64,000 nt of DNA from sequence record NC_028829.1. One strand, given 5' to 3'. The translations under genes and the position numbers were made by a program. Below, one piece after another: positions 46,760 through 57,151 of the stretch (within the stretch, counting starts at the first letter, position 1; each line of letters begins with the position of its first letter). The notes under the pieces were generated by a model that worked only from the letters and a program-made list of their open reading frames with translations, ran no database searches and was not told where the DNA came from.

Positions 46760-49005
46760 TATGCAGTCCTTATCCAAGTGTATGCAGTGATATATGGCTG
46801 AGTTACGTCAACCGCCTGAGCCACCTGACCATGATTGACCTTGATTGGCTCTTCTTTGTAGTAAGCTAGTGGCGTAGTGTTTTCAGGGTCGCCTAAACAA
46901 CCATTCAAGTTAATGTCACCGCCTGAAGTAGCTGAACGTGCAACTAAACTGTATTGTTCTGTGATGTTGTTAATATCACGTGAAGAATCATTCGCGTAAT
47001 CTGGGTTTGTTGTACTGATTAGCTCAGGGATATTCTCTTGAGTAAGAGTCACACCAATCGAACCACCCGTACCACCTGCTTGAACGATATTTTCATTGTT
47101 ATTGTTTCGATGGAACTTACCGTCGTCATTTGGGTTCCAACCCACGACAGTACGCCCTTCTGCATATCGAACCCATGTACCAAAGCCCATATAATCGGCT
47201 GGGTTATTCGGGTTGTTTGCATTTGTGTATACCGAACCAATAGGGAAGATACTTTCAAACAGTGATGTCAGCGTACCGCCCGGTGCAAACGTCTCAGGGT
47301 CTGGCAGAACTTCAGTTACTGCCGCTGATGGGTTTTGCGGGTCGGTGTACATGATCTTGTTTGAGCGTCGTACGTCTGCCCAGTCGTCACGTGAAACGAA
47401 AATCTCACGGGTTCTTTGTTGCAAGTTATCGTCGCCGTCATCCCACGTAAGCAATGTACCTATCACGTTGTCATACCAACGAACTGTTACAATGTCGCTA
47501 TCGATTAACGGGTCAGCGAAAACAATCGTATTCCAACGACCTTCCGAGTCTTGAATATAATCGTAATCATACTCACCGCCTGCTAGACTATCACCGTTAC
47601 CTGCTGTATTCGACTTGGTTAACTGAGAACCATTGACTAATACTTCTAGTGTTTCGGTGTTAAACTGCGTATAATCAGGAAGACCGAAATCACTCAACGT
47701 GATTTGCATGTCAGGTACGAAATCTTTACGTACGATTTGTCCCGGTGATTCGTCTACCGCGTAGTTGTTTTGGTCGATTACTTTAATTGATTTTAAAACG
47801 TAGCTACTACGGAAGCTCGACACGTCACTCAAGTATGTAATAAACGCAATTGGGTCAGCGTCATTTGCAGCCAAACGCAAACGAATCGTTCTACCGTCAA
47901 GCGGAGCTAGATCATCGTTTGTCAACTGTCTCCAACGAGAATCAGCCGTTAGATCTGTATATCCCGATGCTGATGTATGTGAAATCAAACATTCAAATGT
48001 CTGAGAGTAACCATTGTGGTCTTGAGTTACGATATCACCAACTGCATATGCAGTACTACCCGCGTGGTCTACATACTCTGGGAAATCTGCGAATTCAGCC
48101 CATTTAGACTCTTCCCATGCGCCGATGCTGTTGTGTTCTTCTAGACATTGCCAGATGCGGTCATCACGACCTGTAACAGCGTCACCTCGTACTAAATCAC
48201 CAACGTGATATGTTTCTGGGTTGTTTGATACCCATGCTTCAACAGTGTGAAGCGGGATTGAACCATAGTCGCTGAAGTCGCTAAGTTCGTCACCGAAGTA
48301 TAACAAGTTACCACGACGATACACTTCTACCGCAGCTTGGTTGTATAACCCGCCATTTAATTCAAGTGATACGTTGAAATCACGCTGGTCTTGTCGTGCG
48401 ATGATTGCTCGACGTAGAACACTAGGAATGTCACCGAATGTCAAACCGTTTACGTATTTCTGTGCAACATATTCCCAATGACGTGGTGGGGTGAATACAA
48501 GCTCAAGATCTTGATATGCATTCCCGAATTCCGCGCCAGAACCTAAGTCGTTTTGAGTTGAACCTGCGACACGTTTTATCGAGTCTTTAGGGTCTGGGTA
48601 TACTGTTACAAGCTGCTTAGACCATGTACCTTTAACGTCACGCAAACGAATCGCTTTACCGTAGTCTGCTTCTTCAACACCACTCGGTAGATATACATCA
48701 ACTGGACCCAGTGACGTATCGATAGTCCATGATTCACCAAAACTTACGCGCAATTCAGGTCCCTGACCATCGCCGTTCTCGTCGAAATACAGTTCAGCGT
48801 TAGCAGGGTTGTACGATGTATCACCGTTTAGGTATGTAGATGCAAATTTCCAATTGCGCCAAGCACCGGCAGCATATAATCTGCTACCGTCGCCTAATTG
48901 ACTGTATATTTCGTCGAAGTTGTCACGGGTCTTAATGCCACCTACTCTTAGGTAATCACCAGTACCGTCATCAACAATTTGTCCGACGTTGATCGTCTGT
49001 TTCAT
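46759..49005 (-). CDS. 10: Baseplate wedge gp10 with an internal insertion (748 aa)
   Basis: MKQTINVGQIVDDGTGDYLR.GG.K, FPIGSVY.N, VTQPYITAYTWIRTA. Confidence 0.95.
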   Translation of the reverse strand: MKQTINVGQIVDDGTGDYLRVGGIKTRDNFDEIYSQLGDGSRLYAAGAWRNWKFASTYLNGDTSYNPANAELYFDENGDGQGPELRVSFGESWTIDTSLGPVDVYLPSGVEEADYGKAIRLRDVKGTWSKQLVTVYPDPKDSIKRVAGSTQNDLGSGAEFGNAYQDLELVFTPPRHWEYVAQKYVNGLTFGDIPSVLRRAIIARQDQRDFNVSLELNGGLYNQAAVEVYRRGNLLYFGDELSDFSDYGSIPLHTVEAWVSNNPETYHVGDLVRGDAVTGRDDRIWQCLEEHNSIGAWEESKWAEFADFPEYVDHAGSTAYAVGDIVTQDHNGYSQTFECLISHTSASGYTDLTADSRWRQLTNDDLAPLDGRTIRLRLAANDADPIAFITYLSDVSSFRSSYVLKSIKVIDQNNYAVDESPGQIVRKDFVPDMQITLSDFGLPDYTQFNTETLEVLVNGSQLTKSNTAGNGDSLAGGEYDYDYIQDSEGRWNTIVFADPLIDSDIVTVRWYDNVIGTLLTWDDGDDNLQQRTREIFVSRDDWADVRRSNKIMYTDPQNPSAAVTEVLPDPETFAPGGTLTSLFESIFPIGSVYTNANNPNNPADYMGFGTWVRYAEGRTVVGWNPNDDGKFHRNNNNENIVQAGGTGGSIGVTLTQENIPELISTTNPDYANDSSRDINNITEQYSLVARSATSGGDINLNGCLGDPENTTPLAYYKEEPIKVNHGQVAQAVDVTQPYITAYTWIRTA

Positions 49006-49014
49006 TATTGTCCC

Positions 49015-49971
49015 TTACGATAGTCTGATTGTTTCGATAGATTTGATAGCAATTGAAACATTGTCGTCGTTTGATGTAATATCAAGAACGATGTTGCCAG
49101 CGTCAACTCGCGGTTCAATCAGAATCAAGTTACCAAAATCTTTGTCTGTATTGATTACTGAGTATTCATCAATATAAACGTCTGTTATGTTATTTAGCAG
49201 CAACAATTCCGATGACATGCGTCGAGTAACAGCACCACCCTGTAGAGGGTCGCTATTCTCTGCATAAACCATCAATTTACATGCTGCATACGATTGAATA
49301 TCGAATAGCGGCATTGTAACTGTCACCGTGTCTGGAATTGAGTAAATCGTGTCATTAACTGGCGCACCGAAGTCACCTGCAATTGGGTTGATTTTGACAC
49401 CCCACTGCGGTGTTCCTGCTAATCCCGTACCGTCGTCAATAACAGTACATATGATATGACAGCGATTTGTACGAACAATTTGAGTTCCGTCAAGTTCAGG
49501 TGCACCTACAATAGCATCGCCAGATGATGGTGCTAATACAATCGGGTTTGTATCTAATGTTGCAGTTGTGTTCTGAAACTCGATTCGCTCACCACGTTTT
49601 GCCATCCCTGCTGTCGTGCCAATCTTCGGTAAATTCAACGTCATCGATGCACCGCCGCCTAATGATGACGTGTCGATGTCATATTTACCACCTGTTACGA
49701 TTGATGTCAGTAAGTTTGTATTGTTCGGACCACCCGAACCGCCCGCAGTAGAACTCGGTGGAATTCTCTGCCAATAACCACCTGCATGAGGTCTAGGTGC
49801 GATGTCATTATATGCAGGGATATAGTTTTCACCTGCATCGGTTAGCTCAAAGTCTGCATTAATATGGTAAAACTCATCTGAGTTATCACGCAGCTTATTA
49901 CCACCATTGTGAATTGTATCACCAGTACCGACCGAACCCGCCGTACCAGTTTCTAATCTATTACGTCCCAT
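49015..49971 (-). CDS. 9: Baseplate wedge gp9 (long tail fibre socket)
   Basis: GSVGTGDTIHNGG.K, PHAGGYWQ; GGAG RBS before ATG 49971. Confidence 0.9.
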   Translation of the reverse strand: MGRNRLETGTAGSVGTGDTIHNGGNKLRDNSDEFYHINADFELTDAGENYIPAYNDIAPRPHAGGYWQRIPPSSTAGGSGGPNNTNLLTSIVTGGKYDIDTSSLGGGASMTLNLPKIGTTAGMAKRGERIEFQNTTATLDTNPIVLAPSSGDAIVGAPELDGTQIVRTNRCHIICTVIDDGTGLAGTPQWGVKINPIAGDFGAPVNDTIYSIPDTVTVTMPLFDIQSYAACKLMVYAENSDPLQGGAVTRRMSSELLLLNNITDVYIDEYSVINTDKDFGNLILIEPRVDAGNIVLDITSNDDNVSIAIKSIETIRLS

Positions 49972-49985
49972 TTCTTTCTCCAAGA

Positions 49986-50003
49986 AAGGCGCATATGCGC
50001 CTT
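49986..50003. other. Perfect 18-bp palindrome AAGGCGCATATGCGCCTT between genes 8 and 9
   Basis: Read from sequence; possible terminator or processing hairpin. Confidence 0.7.
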
Positions 50004-50024
50004 ATGAGTTATTTACTGTATTTA

Positions 50025-51056
50025 TTAGAAGTTGTAGATCAGATTGAATTCTTCTACCTGGTCTAATGTTTTACGAATCGGCTGACGATTTTCCATGTAG
50101 ATGATTTGACCTGTTCCTGCTTGTATCTCATGCGGGTCGTATCTAACTTCAGTCGCTTTCGTGTCTTCGGTATCACCTTCTTGACGAATCAATAATGGGT
50201 TCTGAACAAGTGAAATCTGACGATACCCGTTATTCCCGGGACCGAATAAGTGAATAAAGTCAGAGCCTGCTAATTTAGCTCGGAATCGTAACTGAACTGC
50301 ACCTACGTTGAAAATAGTTTCGTCGTAGTTCTCGTTGAATACGATATTCTGATCAAGACCCCACGCAACTCGATTTTCGATGATGTCGTTAGGGAACGGA
50401 CAAACGATGTATTCTTTTGTCACGTTCGTTAAGACTTCATTCGGCGGGATAGTGTATAGATATTCCCATACGTAACCGTCACCTGTTTCAATCGCATTCC
50501 CTGTACCATGAGGGATATTCTCTTGGTTACCGGGTGATGACGGTGCATTCCATTCACCCCCAACTGCTACACAATCATTTTTATTTGTGACTGTTGATAT
50601 TGAACATGTACCACGAATGTTTGTGTTATTCGGGTCAGTCTCTGGAATATCGACACATCGATAAACCATATAGCCGTTCAATGCGCTCGGGTGACTGTTG
50701 ATTGACATCGTATTAACTGTCACGATATCGCCAAATGTGAAACGAAGTGAATCGTTTAGGTCAGGGTCGCCCCAGTCCTTGCGAGGAAGAACAGGGCGAA
50801 GCTGTGATTTCGGAATCTTAATCAGACCTAGCGCACGCGCCCAAACGTCTGCTTTCCCATCTGGGCTATCGTTTGGGTAAGGTGGCGCGAAGTTTATTTC
50901 ATCTTCGCGGTCTGACCAAGGCTCGTTACGACCGAACATAAGGTAAATTGTGTTCTTGTCGTCGTCATCACCTACGTTTTCGTAGAAGTTCATCAAGTTA
51001 TTAACTCGATATTCTGTTGTGATTGTTGATCTGTAAATTTTTGCCACTTTATTCAC
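50025..51056 (-). CDS. 8: Baseplate wedge gp8
   Basis: YRSTITT.YR..N, PRKDWGD, DGYVWEYLYTIP, YMENRQPI. Confidence 0.96.
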   Translation of the reverse strand: MNKVAKIYRSTITTEYRVNNLMNFYENVGDDDDKNTIYLMFGRNEPWSDREDEINFAPPYPNDSPDGKADVWARALGLIKIPKSQLRPVLPRKDWGDPDLNDSLRFTFGDIVTVNTMSINSHPSALNGYMVYRCVDIPETDPNNTNIRGTCSISTVTNKNDCVAVGGEWNAPSSPGNQENIPHGTGNAIETGDGYVWEYLYTIPPNEVLTNVTKEYIVCPFPNDIIENRVAWGLDQNIVFNENYDETIFNVGAVQLRFRAKLAGSDFIHLFGPGNNGYRQISLVQNPLLIRQEGDTEDTKATEVRYDPHEIQAGTGQIIYMENRQPIRKTLDQVEEFNLIYNF

Positions 51057-54000
51057 CTATTTGTTTTTGAGTCGGCGTTACTGGGTCATATGGGTTACCA
51101 ACGTTGTCTTTCAATCTGTAATCAGAATCTTCGTACATATCTGAAATACTCGTCGATGCTGCTGACCAGTCAAACATAAATGCAGGAGCTCGTTCGTATG
51201 CCGTCATTCCCCAATATACCGACCCGTTTGCGTCTGCTGATTGAACTTTCGCCGTTGGGTTGTAATTGGGATTCAGAACACGTTTCTTACCGCCCCATTC
51301 ATCGTTGATATCACCCGTGTCTGTTTCTATATATCGTTGCTCGTCGATAGCTGAATACTCATCTAAAGCAATCACACGATCATTAGCCCAGTAGTTGTTG
51401 TAGTCGATGATTGTAATACCCTGTGTATTAGTCAATCGATCTTGAATCGCATGATCAAGCGGGTCTTCTAGTGCTAACGGATGTGGCTTCAATTGAAGTT
51501 CACCAAACGAGTTGTAAATTCTATCTTCGTTACCATCAAGCAATGAAGTTTCTTCAGTGAAGTTATTCCCTATACCGTTGTCATAGCGAATCAATCTGTA
51601 TGAATCTACAATCGTTTCGTGATGATTGACTGAGATACCGTGATTAATCAATACTGTCAGCAACGTAATACCTAAGAACCCAAACCCAATTGGGTGTACA
51701 AATCGAATTACATCATCTTTGTACTGACTAAGCTGAATCTCAGAACGAATCTTCATAACGTAGTATGATTTGCTTCGATCAAGAAATTCATTTGAATCGT
51801 AGTCGATTCGTTCACCTTGTACGCGAGTAATCGCAGTTGCGGTGAATTCCAGACCGTCGATTTCTAACGTGTCGCCGATGTTCAACTCACCGATTAAGTT
51901 GTTCAAAGTCAATTTCCAGTAACGTTTACCTTCAATGTAATGACGGTCAACATATGTCACGTCTGCGTTGCCTGTCTCTGAATAAATTCTACGACCTACT
52001 ACATCATCGGTTACGTCATTTGAGTTAACAACGATTGAATATTCAAACGTGTTAAGCGATTCTATTTCAACTTCAACATCTTCGTTGTATAGCAACTTGA
52101 ACAAGAACTTGTATGAGTCTAAAATACCTTTAGTGCTGTAAAAATCTGCACGTCGTGCCAAGAAAAATTTAACAACTGCATCACGTTTCTCTGGCTCTAG
52201 AATACGATTTCGCTCGTATACTAATTTGTGTAGATACTCAGTGTAATGGTCGTCAAGTGGGTTTTTGCTGTTAAGCAAGTTATACACGTTATTATAAGCC
52301 GTACCATCACCTTTACTGATGAAATCTAAGTAGTGCTTTGCAAAACTCTTGTAAAACCCGTCTGCATCGAGATAATTCTCTGGCATCATCTTGTAAATCA
52401 ATGGTGTCAGAGTCGGGTCGAGCATACTTGTTGGGTCTTCTTCAGGCGGCTCGATAATTACAGGTGAATAATTCGACAAACTAGCCGTGATTACACGACG
52501 CTCTGGAGACCAGCGAATTGGCGCTGTGATATCAACTCGGTATGGAAACTTGTAGTAACCTATTACCTTGTTGTCGTTCGCGCTGTGAATGATCGCACCT
52601 GCTGCATAACCATTAAACCCGAAAATCGATAGATTTGGAGCTTCTAGTTTGTATTCACCCTCGTCAAATGTCTCTTTCCATTTATATTCGTCGAGATCTT
52701 CAAAGTCGCTTCTGAAAATTGACTCTTTCTTGTAGTACATGATTTCATTTGCCCAAGATTTCCAATCACGTGTTTCAGCACGCTGCATCCAGTTGAAATG
52801 CGCGGATCCGTAATAATCTTGCGGCTTGTAGTACCAATCATCGCCGTCTTTCGTCGCGATGATCTGTGTCATCGGCTTAACGTATGTTGTAAAGAACGGT
52901 TTAGTGAACATACGAACAGCTTCGTCAACTTCATCGTTGTCTGAAACTAGATACGGGTCATCTATTGTACCGTAGTTATCACCCGCAGTTGAGTGGAAAT
53001 TACCAGGTGCACCGCTAGACTCTTGACGATTGTCGTAAGCTGGGTTGCCTTCTTCACCGTAGTTCTTTGTTAGATCGTGACCTACAATCAAATGAGTGTT
53101 GTCACGTGAAATAACTGAACGTTCGTTTAGAAGTTCGCGCTCTTCTTCAATGTTTCCGTATACACGTTCCCATGTCAAGCCAGTGTAACCAATAACGATA
53201 CCATCTCTCAATGTCGCTGTGCGATTTAGTCGATAAACACCGCGAATCTCATTCGGGTCAGATGTACCGATTCGTTTACCGTTCTCGTCATGCTCCCACT
53301 CACCTATGACTAGCGCGAACATATTGCCGTCTTGATAATCGAGACCTTGCTCTGGGTCGTCGAAGTACTGAATTTTCTTAACACACACATCTGCTGTGTT
53401 TTCATCAAAATTAGGTCGACTCGCGTCGTTTTTCACAATCTTATCTTCAAAGTAAACAGGTTCGTTGTTTAATTCGCCCGTTGTTTCGAAAATACGTTCG
53501 CCATATAGTTCTGATAATACGTTATCGAAAATGCGCGGGATCCTGTTGTTATGCCACACGTAGGTGTTTGCGTATGTTACAACGGACATTACATCATCAA
53601 CGCCGAAAGCGTCTGCTTTGTTACGCACTTGTGGTGGTAATATAGCCAAATCTTTGAAACGCTCAACATCGAACCCAAACCCTAAGTCGAAGTCTAGTTT
53701 ATCGAACGTCAAATCAACCGATGCATGTGAATATTCAAGCCCATTATCGTGCGAGTAATCAACGTCATTCGATTGTACGCCTTGAATAAGGTAATCATAC
53801 CCTAGTAGGTAACTAAATGCGTTAGACTGCTTACAGATGCAATCATAGACTGGGTTCCCTAGTCTTGAGTTCGTTGCTTTATATGTCTGCCATGTTCTAC
53901 CGCCGTCGTTAGACACTTTACAAACTTGTTGCCAGCGTTCGAACGCATATATAACATCGTCTATAACAACAGGGATTACGCGATCAACGTTCTGACATAC

Positions 54001-54546
54001 AGTTGGGACTTTGCCATAATTTGCACTAAAACCGGGATTTGTAACAAACCAATATGCCGCTGAATCGACGTTAAACATATTAGGGTCAAATTCAAAACCT
54101 GGTCGCACTAGGGTAGCTTGTAGGTTGTTACGACTGTTTAGGTATTGGTCGTTGTCGTTATTCAAACGCTCTTCAATGAATGAAGATGCGGGAATGAATT
54201 CGTCTTGAGTCGTGATGTCGTAATCGTTTGTGTCCGACGTATACCCGATATCAGATGTGACCCACTCACTCGGTTCAAAACCCTTGTAAACAGAACGAAT
54301 TCTCCATTGATAATAACGAACAGAACTGTTAATATTCGTAAACAGTCTCGTTTCGCTAGTAAACGGGTTAGGGTATAACGCTGTGAAACTTTGTGTTAGA
54401 AGAATTTCTGCACTAACAGCCGAACGAACATGAATCTCGTAGCGAAAGTTTTCACCTACGGTTGACCATGAAAGTTCAGCATAGTTTCGCGTCAATTTGT
54501 CAATAGACACCCCCATAATTGGAGGTGCTTGTAATACGTTTGCCAT
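51049..54546 (-). CDS. 7: Baseplate wedge gp7
   Basis: N-terminal FN3-like region, SNDGGRTW Asp-box, FYSTKG...SYKFLFKLLYNE, FVHPIGF. Confidence 0.93.
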   Translation of the reverse strand: MANVLQAPPIMGVSIDKLTRNYAELSWSTVGENFRYEIHVRSAVSAEILLTQSFTALYPNPFTSETRLFTNINSSVRYYQWRIRSVYKGFEPSEWVTSDIGYTSDTNDYDITTQDEFIPASSFIEERLNNDNDQYLNSRNNLQATLVRPGFEFDPNMFNVDSAAYWFVTNPGFSANYGKVPTVCQNVDRVIPVVIDDVIYAFERWQQVCKVSNDGGRTWQTYKATNSRLGNPVYDCICKQSNAFSYLLGYDYLIQGVQSNDVDYSHDNGLEYSHASVDLTFDKLDFDLGFGFDVERFKDLAILPPQVRNKADAFGVDDVMSVVTYANTYVWHNNRIPRIFDNVLSELYGERIFETTGELNNEPVYFEDKIVKNDASRPNFDENTADVCVKKIQYFDDPEQGLDYQDGNMFALVIGEWEHDENGKRIGTSDPNEIRGVYRLNRTATLRDGIVIGYTGLTWERVYGNIEEERELLNERSVISRDNTHLIVGHDLTKNYGEEGNPAYDNRQESSGAPGNFHSTAGDNYGTIDDPYLVSDNDEVDEAVRMFTKPFFTTYVKPMTQIIATKDGDDWYYKPQDYYGSAHFNWMQRAETRDWKSWANEIMYYKKESIFRSDFEDLDEYKWKETFDEGEYKLEAPNLSIFGFNGYAAGAIIHSANDNKVIGYYKFPYRVDITAPIRWSPERRVITASLSNYSPVIIEPPEEDPTSMLDPTLTPLIYKMMPENYLDADGFYKSFAKHYLDFISKGDGTAYNNVYNLLNSKNPLDDHYTEYLHKLVYERNRILEPEKRDAVVKFFLARRADFYSTKGILDSYKFLFKLLYNEDVEVEIESLNTFEYSIVVNSNDVTDDVVGRRIYSETGNADVTYVDRHYIEGKRYWKLTLNNLIGELNIGDTLEIDGLEFTATAITRVQGERIDYDSNEFLDRSKSYYVMKIRSEIQLSQYKDDVIRFVHPIGFGFLGITLLTVLINHGISVNHHETIVDSYRLIRYDNGIGNNFTEETSLLDGNEDRIYNSFGELQLKPHPLALEDPLDHAIQDRLTNTQGITIIDYNNYWANDRVIALDEYSAIDEQRYIETDTGDINDEWGGKKRVLNPNYNPTAKVQSADANGSVYWGMTAYERAPAFMFDWSAASTSISDMYEDSDYRLKDNVGNPYDPVTPTQKQIGE

Positions 54547-56504
54547 TAAGAAATACCCTCAAGAACGATATCTGTGTATTGAGGACGAAGCTCGTTCTCA
54601 TATACGATCAAGCTACCGTCATCTGTGTATATATTAGATCGAGTAGGCGAAGCTGATACAATCAAATTACCAGTCACATCCCAATCTGCTGAGTTTATCC
54701 CCAAGTTGATGAAATCATAGTCCATCATACCTGATGCGTAGTTGATAGTACCGATTCGGTAGTATAAGCTGCGCGAGCCGATTACTTCACGATCAAAGTC
54801 GTTATCAGTATAAGCACCCGTAGGCAAGCCAGTTTCTGGGTCTAGCGGGTTTGTAATATCACCGGGTGCAAATGGACCCAATAACATCGTACCGATATCT
54901 TCTTCAGTCGGTGCAGTTCGTGCGGCTGTCGTTCTGATCTGCACGTCATACCCGCCCGGGGTGAACATGATATCTTCTGATTTTACAGAACGCTCGGTAA
55001 TCGGGTTTAAGAAACTATACCCACTCATAGGCGTTTGAGCGAAATTCGCTAATTCACGAATTAAACTAATGTCACATCTAGAACCTAGAATTGACGGGTG
55101 AGCTTCATCAACATAGCTCAACATCTTAGAAACATGGAACGATGCATTGAAGATCTCAACATCATTGTAGTAATAATCTGAAATCGCATTGATGATTTGA
55201 GCTTTCAAATAATCGGCACCTTCAGCCAATGAACCTGTACGGTAGTTGATTCTTAGATTGTGTTTTACATACAAGTAATCTGGGTCAACAACTTTAGGTG
55301 TCACTGTAACAATATTGAATTCTTTCAAATATTCTTCGATGTCTTGTCGCGCTACTTGTGGAAGTGTCAACCCGCTCTTCGGCTTAATCGAGATAAACAC
55401 ATAACCTGGCTTATCTGAGCTTCCGAACGCCTGAACAGACTGAACGATGTTACCGAACTTCTGAGAAACAAATGTTTCATAGTCAAGTTTAGTAACACAA
55501 CGACGCTGCGACTCTCTGAAAATAGGGGCTAGTTCGCGAATACGCTCCGTGCCTTCAGCATAACCACCACCAATCGAACCAACAAAGTTTTCATCGTTAT
55601 TCGGGTTATCGTCGATGTTTTTATCATCTAACTGGAAGTTAGGAATGTCATCTGCCCATGTGAATCGTTTTGAGCCGTTAGCAACTGGTCCCTGTGTTTT
55701 CACATATTGAACACGAATGCGCTGACCTTCGATTGGACGCAGACCGCCGATATAACCCGGGTCGTAAGCACCACCACTTTCTACAAAGTCAGTTAGTTCG
55801 CCTTCACCGAAGTAAACCTCAGTGTAACCATCTACAGTTTCACGCAGATAGAATACGTTTGAACCGCCTGTTACATTGACTATCGATTTGTCTGTCCAGT
55901 TAGTCCATTCCGTGTTATCAACGAACACGCGCACATAGTTTCGATCTAAATCTGGGTCTTTGATCGTAATCGATTCGGTTTCACTAAATAGCGCCTCATA
56001 TCGACCTAGAGTGCCTTGAACGAGGTCTATCTGGTCTTGATATACAAGCGGGCTTTGTGGGTCTAATGGGTCCTGCTTTGCACCGATTAGAATGTGAGGT
56101 TCCCACACGATGTAGCTGTAGTAATCAACCCCGTCAACGTCAGCACTGAAACGAGTACCCGTACCTAGCGTAATTTCAACTGGGTTTTCAGCGTGATACG
56201 CTTTGATACCGATTGTATGTGTTGCTGCCGATAAAGAACTAGGCGCGTAACCCATATCTTGAGCGTGCTGAACTACACTGCTGTGTTTTTGAGCAGTGCG
56301 AATAAAACTCTCGAACAATGCTGCATTCGAGTAGTGCTGCATGTACATTGTGCTGTATGCAAGCAAATCTGTTAGTACGTTCAGACGACTTCCCTTGAAG
56401 TCATAATCCTTGAACTCGTCTTGACCTTTCAGATATTGAATAAGATCTTGCTTGATTGTCTCAAACGAGCCAGAACTAACAGGCAAATTCGAGTTAGTTG
56501 TCAT
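54546..56504 (-). CDS. 6: Baseplate wedge gp6
   Basis: EFKDYDFKGSRLNVLTDLLAY, QRRCVTKLDY. Confidence 0.97.
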   Translation of the reverse strand: MTTNSNLPVSSGSFETIKQDLIQYLKGQDEFKDYDFKGSRLNVLTDLLAYSTMYMQHYSNAALFESFIRTAQKHSSVVQHAQDMGYAPSSLSAATHTIGIKAYHAENPVEITLGTGTRFSADVDGVDYYSYIVWEPHILIGAKQDPLDPQSPLVYQDQIDLVQGTLGRYEALFSETESITIKDPDLDRNYVRVFVDNTEWTNWTDKSIVNVTGGSNVFYLRETVDGYTEVYFGEGELTDFVESGGAYDPGYIGGLRPIEGQRIRVQYVKTQGPVANGSKRFTWADDIPNFQLDDKNIDDNPNNDENFVGSIGGGYAEGTERIRELAPIFRESQRRCVTKLDYETFVSQKFGNIVQSVQAFGSSDKPGYVFISIKPKSGLTLPQVARQDIEEYLKEFNIVTVTPKVVDPDYLYVKHNLRINYRTGSLAEGADYLKAQIINAISDYYYNDVEIFNASFHVSKMLSYVDEAHPSILGSRCDISLIRELANFAQTPMSGYSFLNPITERSVKSEDIMFTPGGYDVQIRTTAARTAPTEEDIGTMLLGPFAPGDITNPLDPETGLPTGAYTDNDFDREVIGSRSLYYRIGTINYASGMMDYDFINLGINSADWDVTGNLIVSASPTRSNIYTDDGSLIVYENELRPQYTDIVLEGIS

Positions 56505-56558
56505 GTTATTCCCCTGTTGGTAAAATTATGTAAATTTCGTTTCTTATATTTAATATAC

Positions 56559-56584
56559 AAAAAAGCCCACTCAATGAGCGGGCT
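56559..56584 (-). terminator. Terminator after gene 25
   Basis: AGCCCGCTC-ATT-GAGTGGGCT-T5 on the minus strand. Confidence 0.8.
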
Positions 56585-56589
56585 ATCGT

Positions 56590-57009
56590 TTATAGACGAT
56601 TTACTAGTCTAGTTGACAAGGCAAACAATCTATCGAAGTTAGTTTTTAAGTGATACTGTATAGACACGTCATACGTGTTTTCATCATATACAGGGATGAC
56701 ATCAATTCGCTGAATAGCAACACGAGGTTCCCATCTTGAAATCGCATTTTCAATACTATATTTGATTGAGAACGCGCTTGCTGGGGAAATATTCTCAAAC
56801 AATTGATTGTTAATGTCACAGCCGAATTCAGGGTTGAACGGTCGTTCTCCTTTATTCGTACTCACGATACCTACGATAGATTCTTGTATTGCTTTTAAGT
56901 CATACGATGCGCTCAAGTCATTGTTTACAACACTTTTATTAAAGTTTGCAGGGATGTCACTGAAATAGAAACTCCCTGGCTTTAACGTGTTCAACTCTGC
57001 AATTGCCAT
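56590..57009 (-). CDS. 25: Baseplate wedge gp25
   Basis: TNKGERPFNPEFGC, WEPRV. Confidence 0.95.
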   Translation of the reverse strand: MAIAELNTLKPGSFYFSDIPANFNKSVVNNDLSASYDLKAIQESIVGIVSTNKGERPFNPEFGCDINNQLFENISPASAFSIKYSIENAISRWEPRVAIQRIDVIPVYDENTYDVSIQYHLKTNFDRLFALSTRLVNRL

Positions 57010-57032
57010 AGTTTTTTCTCCGATTTTAAATT

Positions 57033-57077
57033 TATTTATAGAAAAGTGTTGACAGGCATATCTTATTTACCTATTAT
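57033..57077. promoter_or_regulatory. Divergent promoters: late TATAAATA (-, 57033-57040) and early TTGACA-N17-TATTAT (+, 57049-57077)
   Basis: Read from sequence. Confidence 0.85.
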
Positions 57078-57151
57078 GTACTCCTCAGCGCAACGAAGCG
57101 CACAAACAAAATAGATTGTGATATTAACTTCATTAACTAAGAGAGCAAAAC

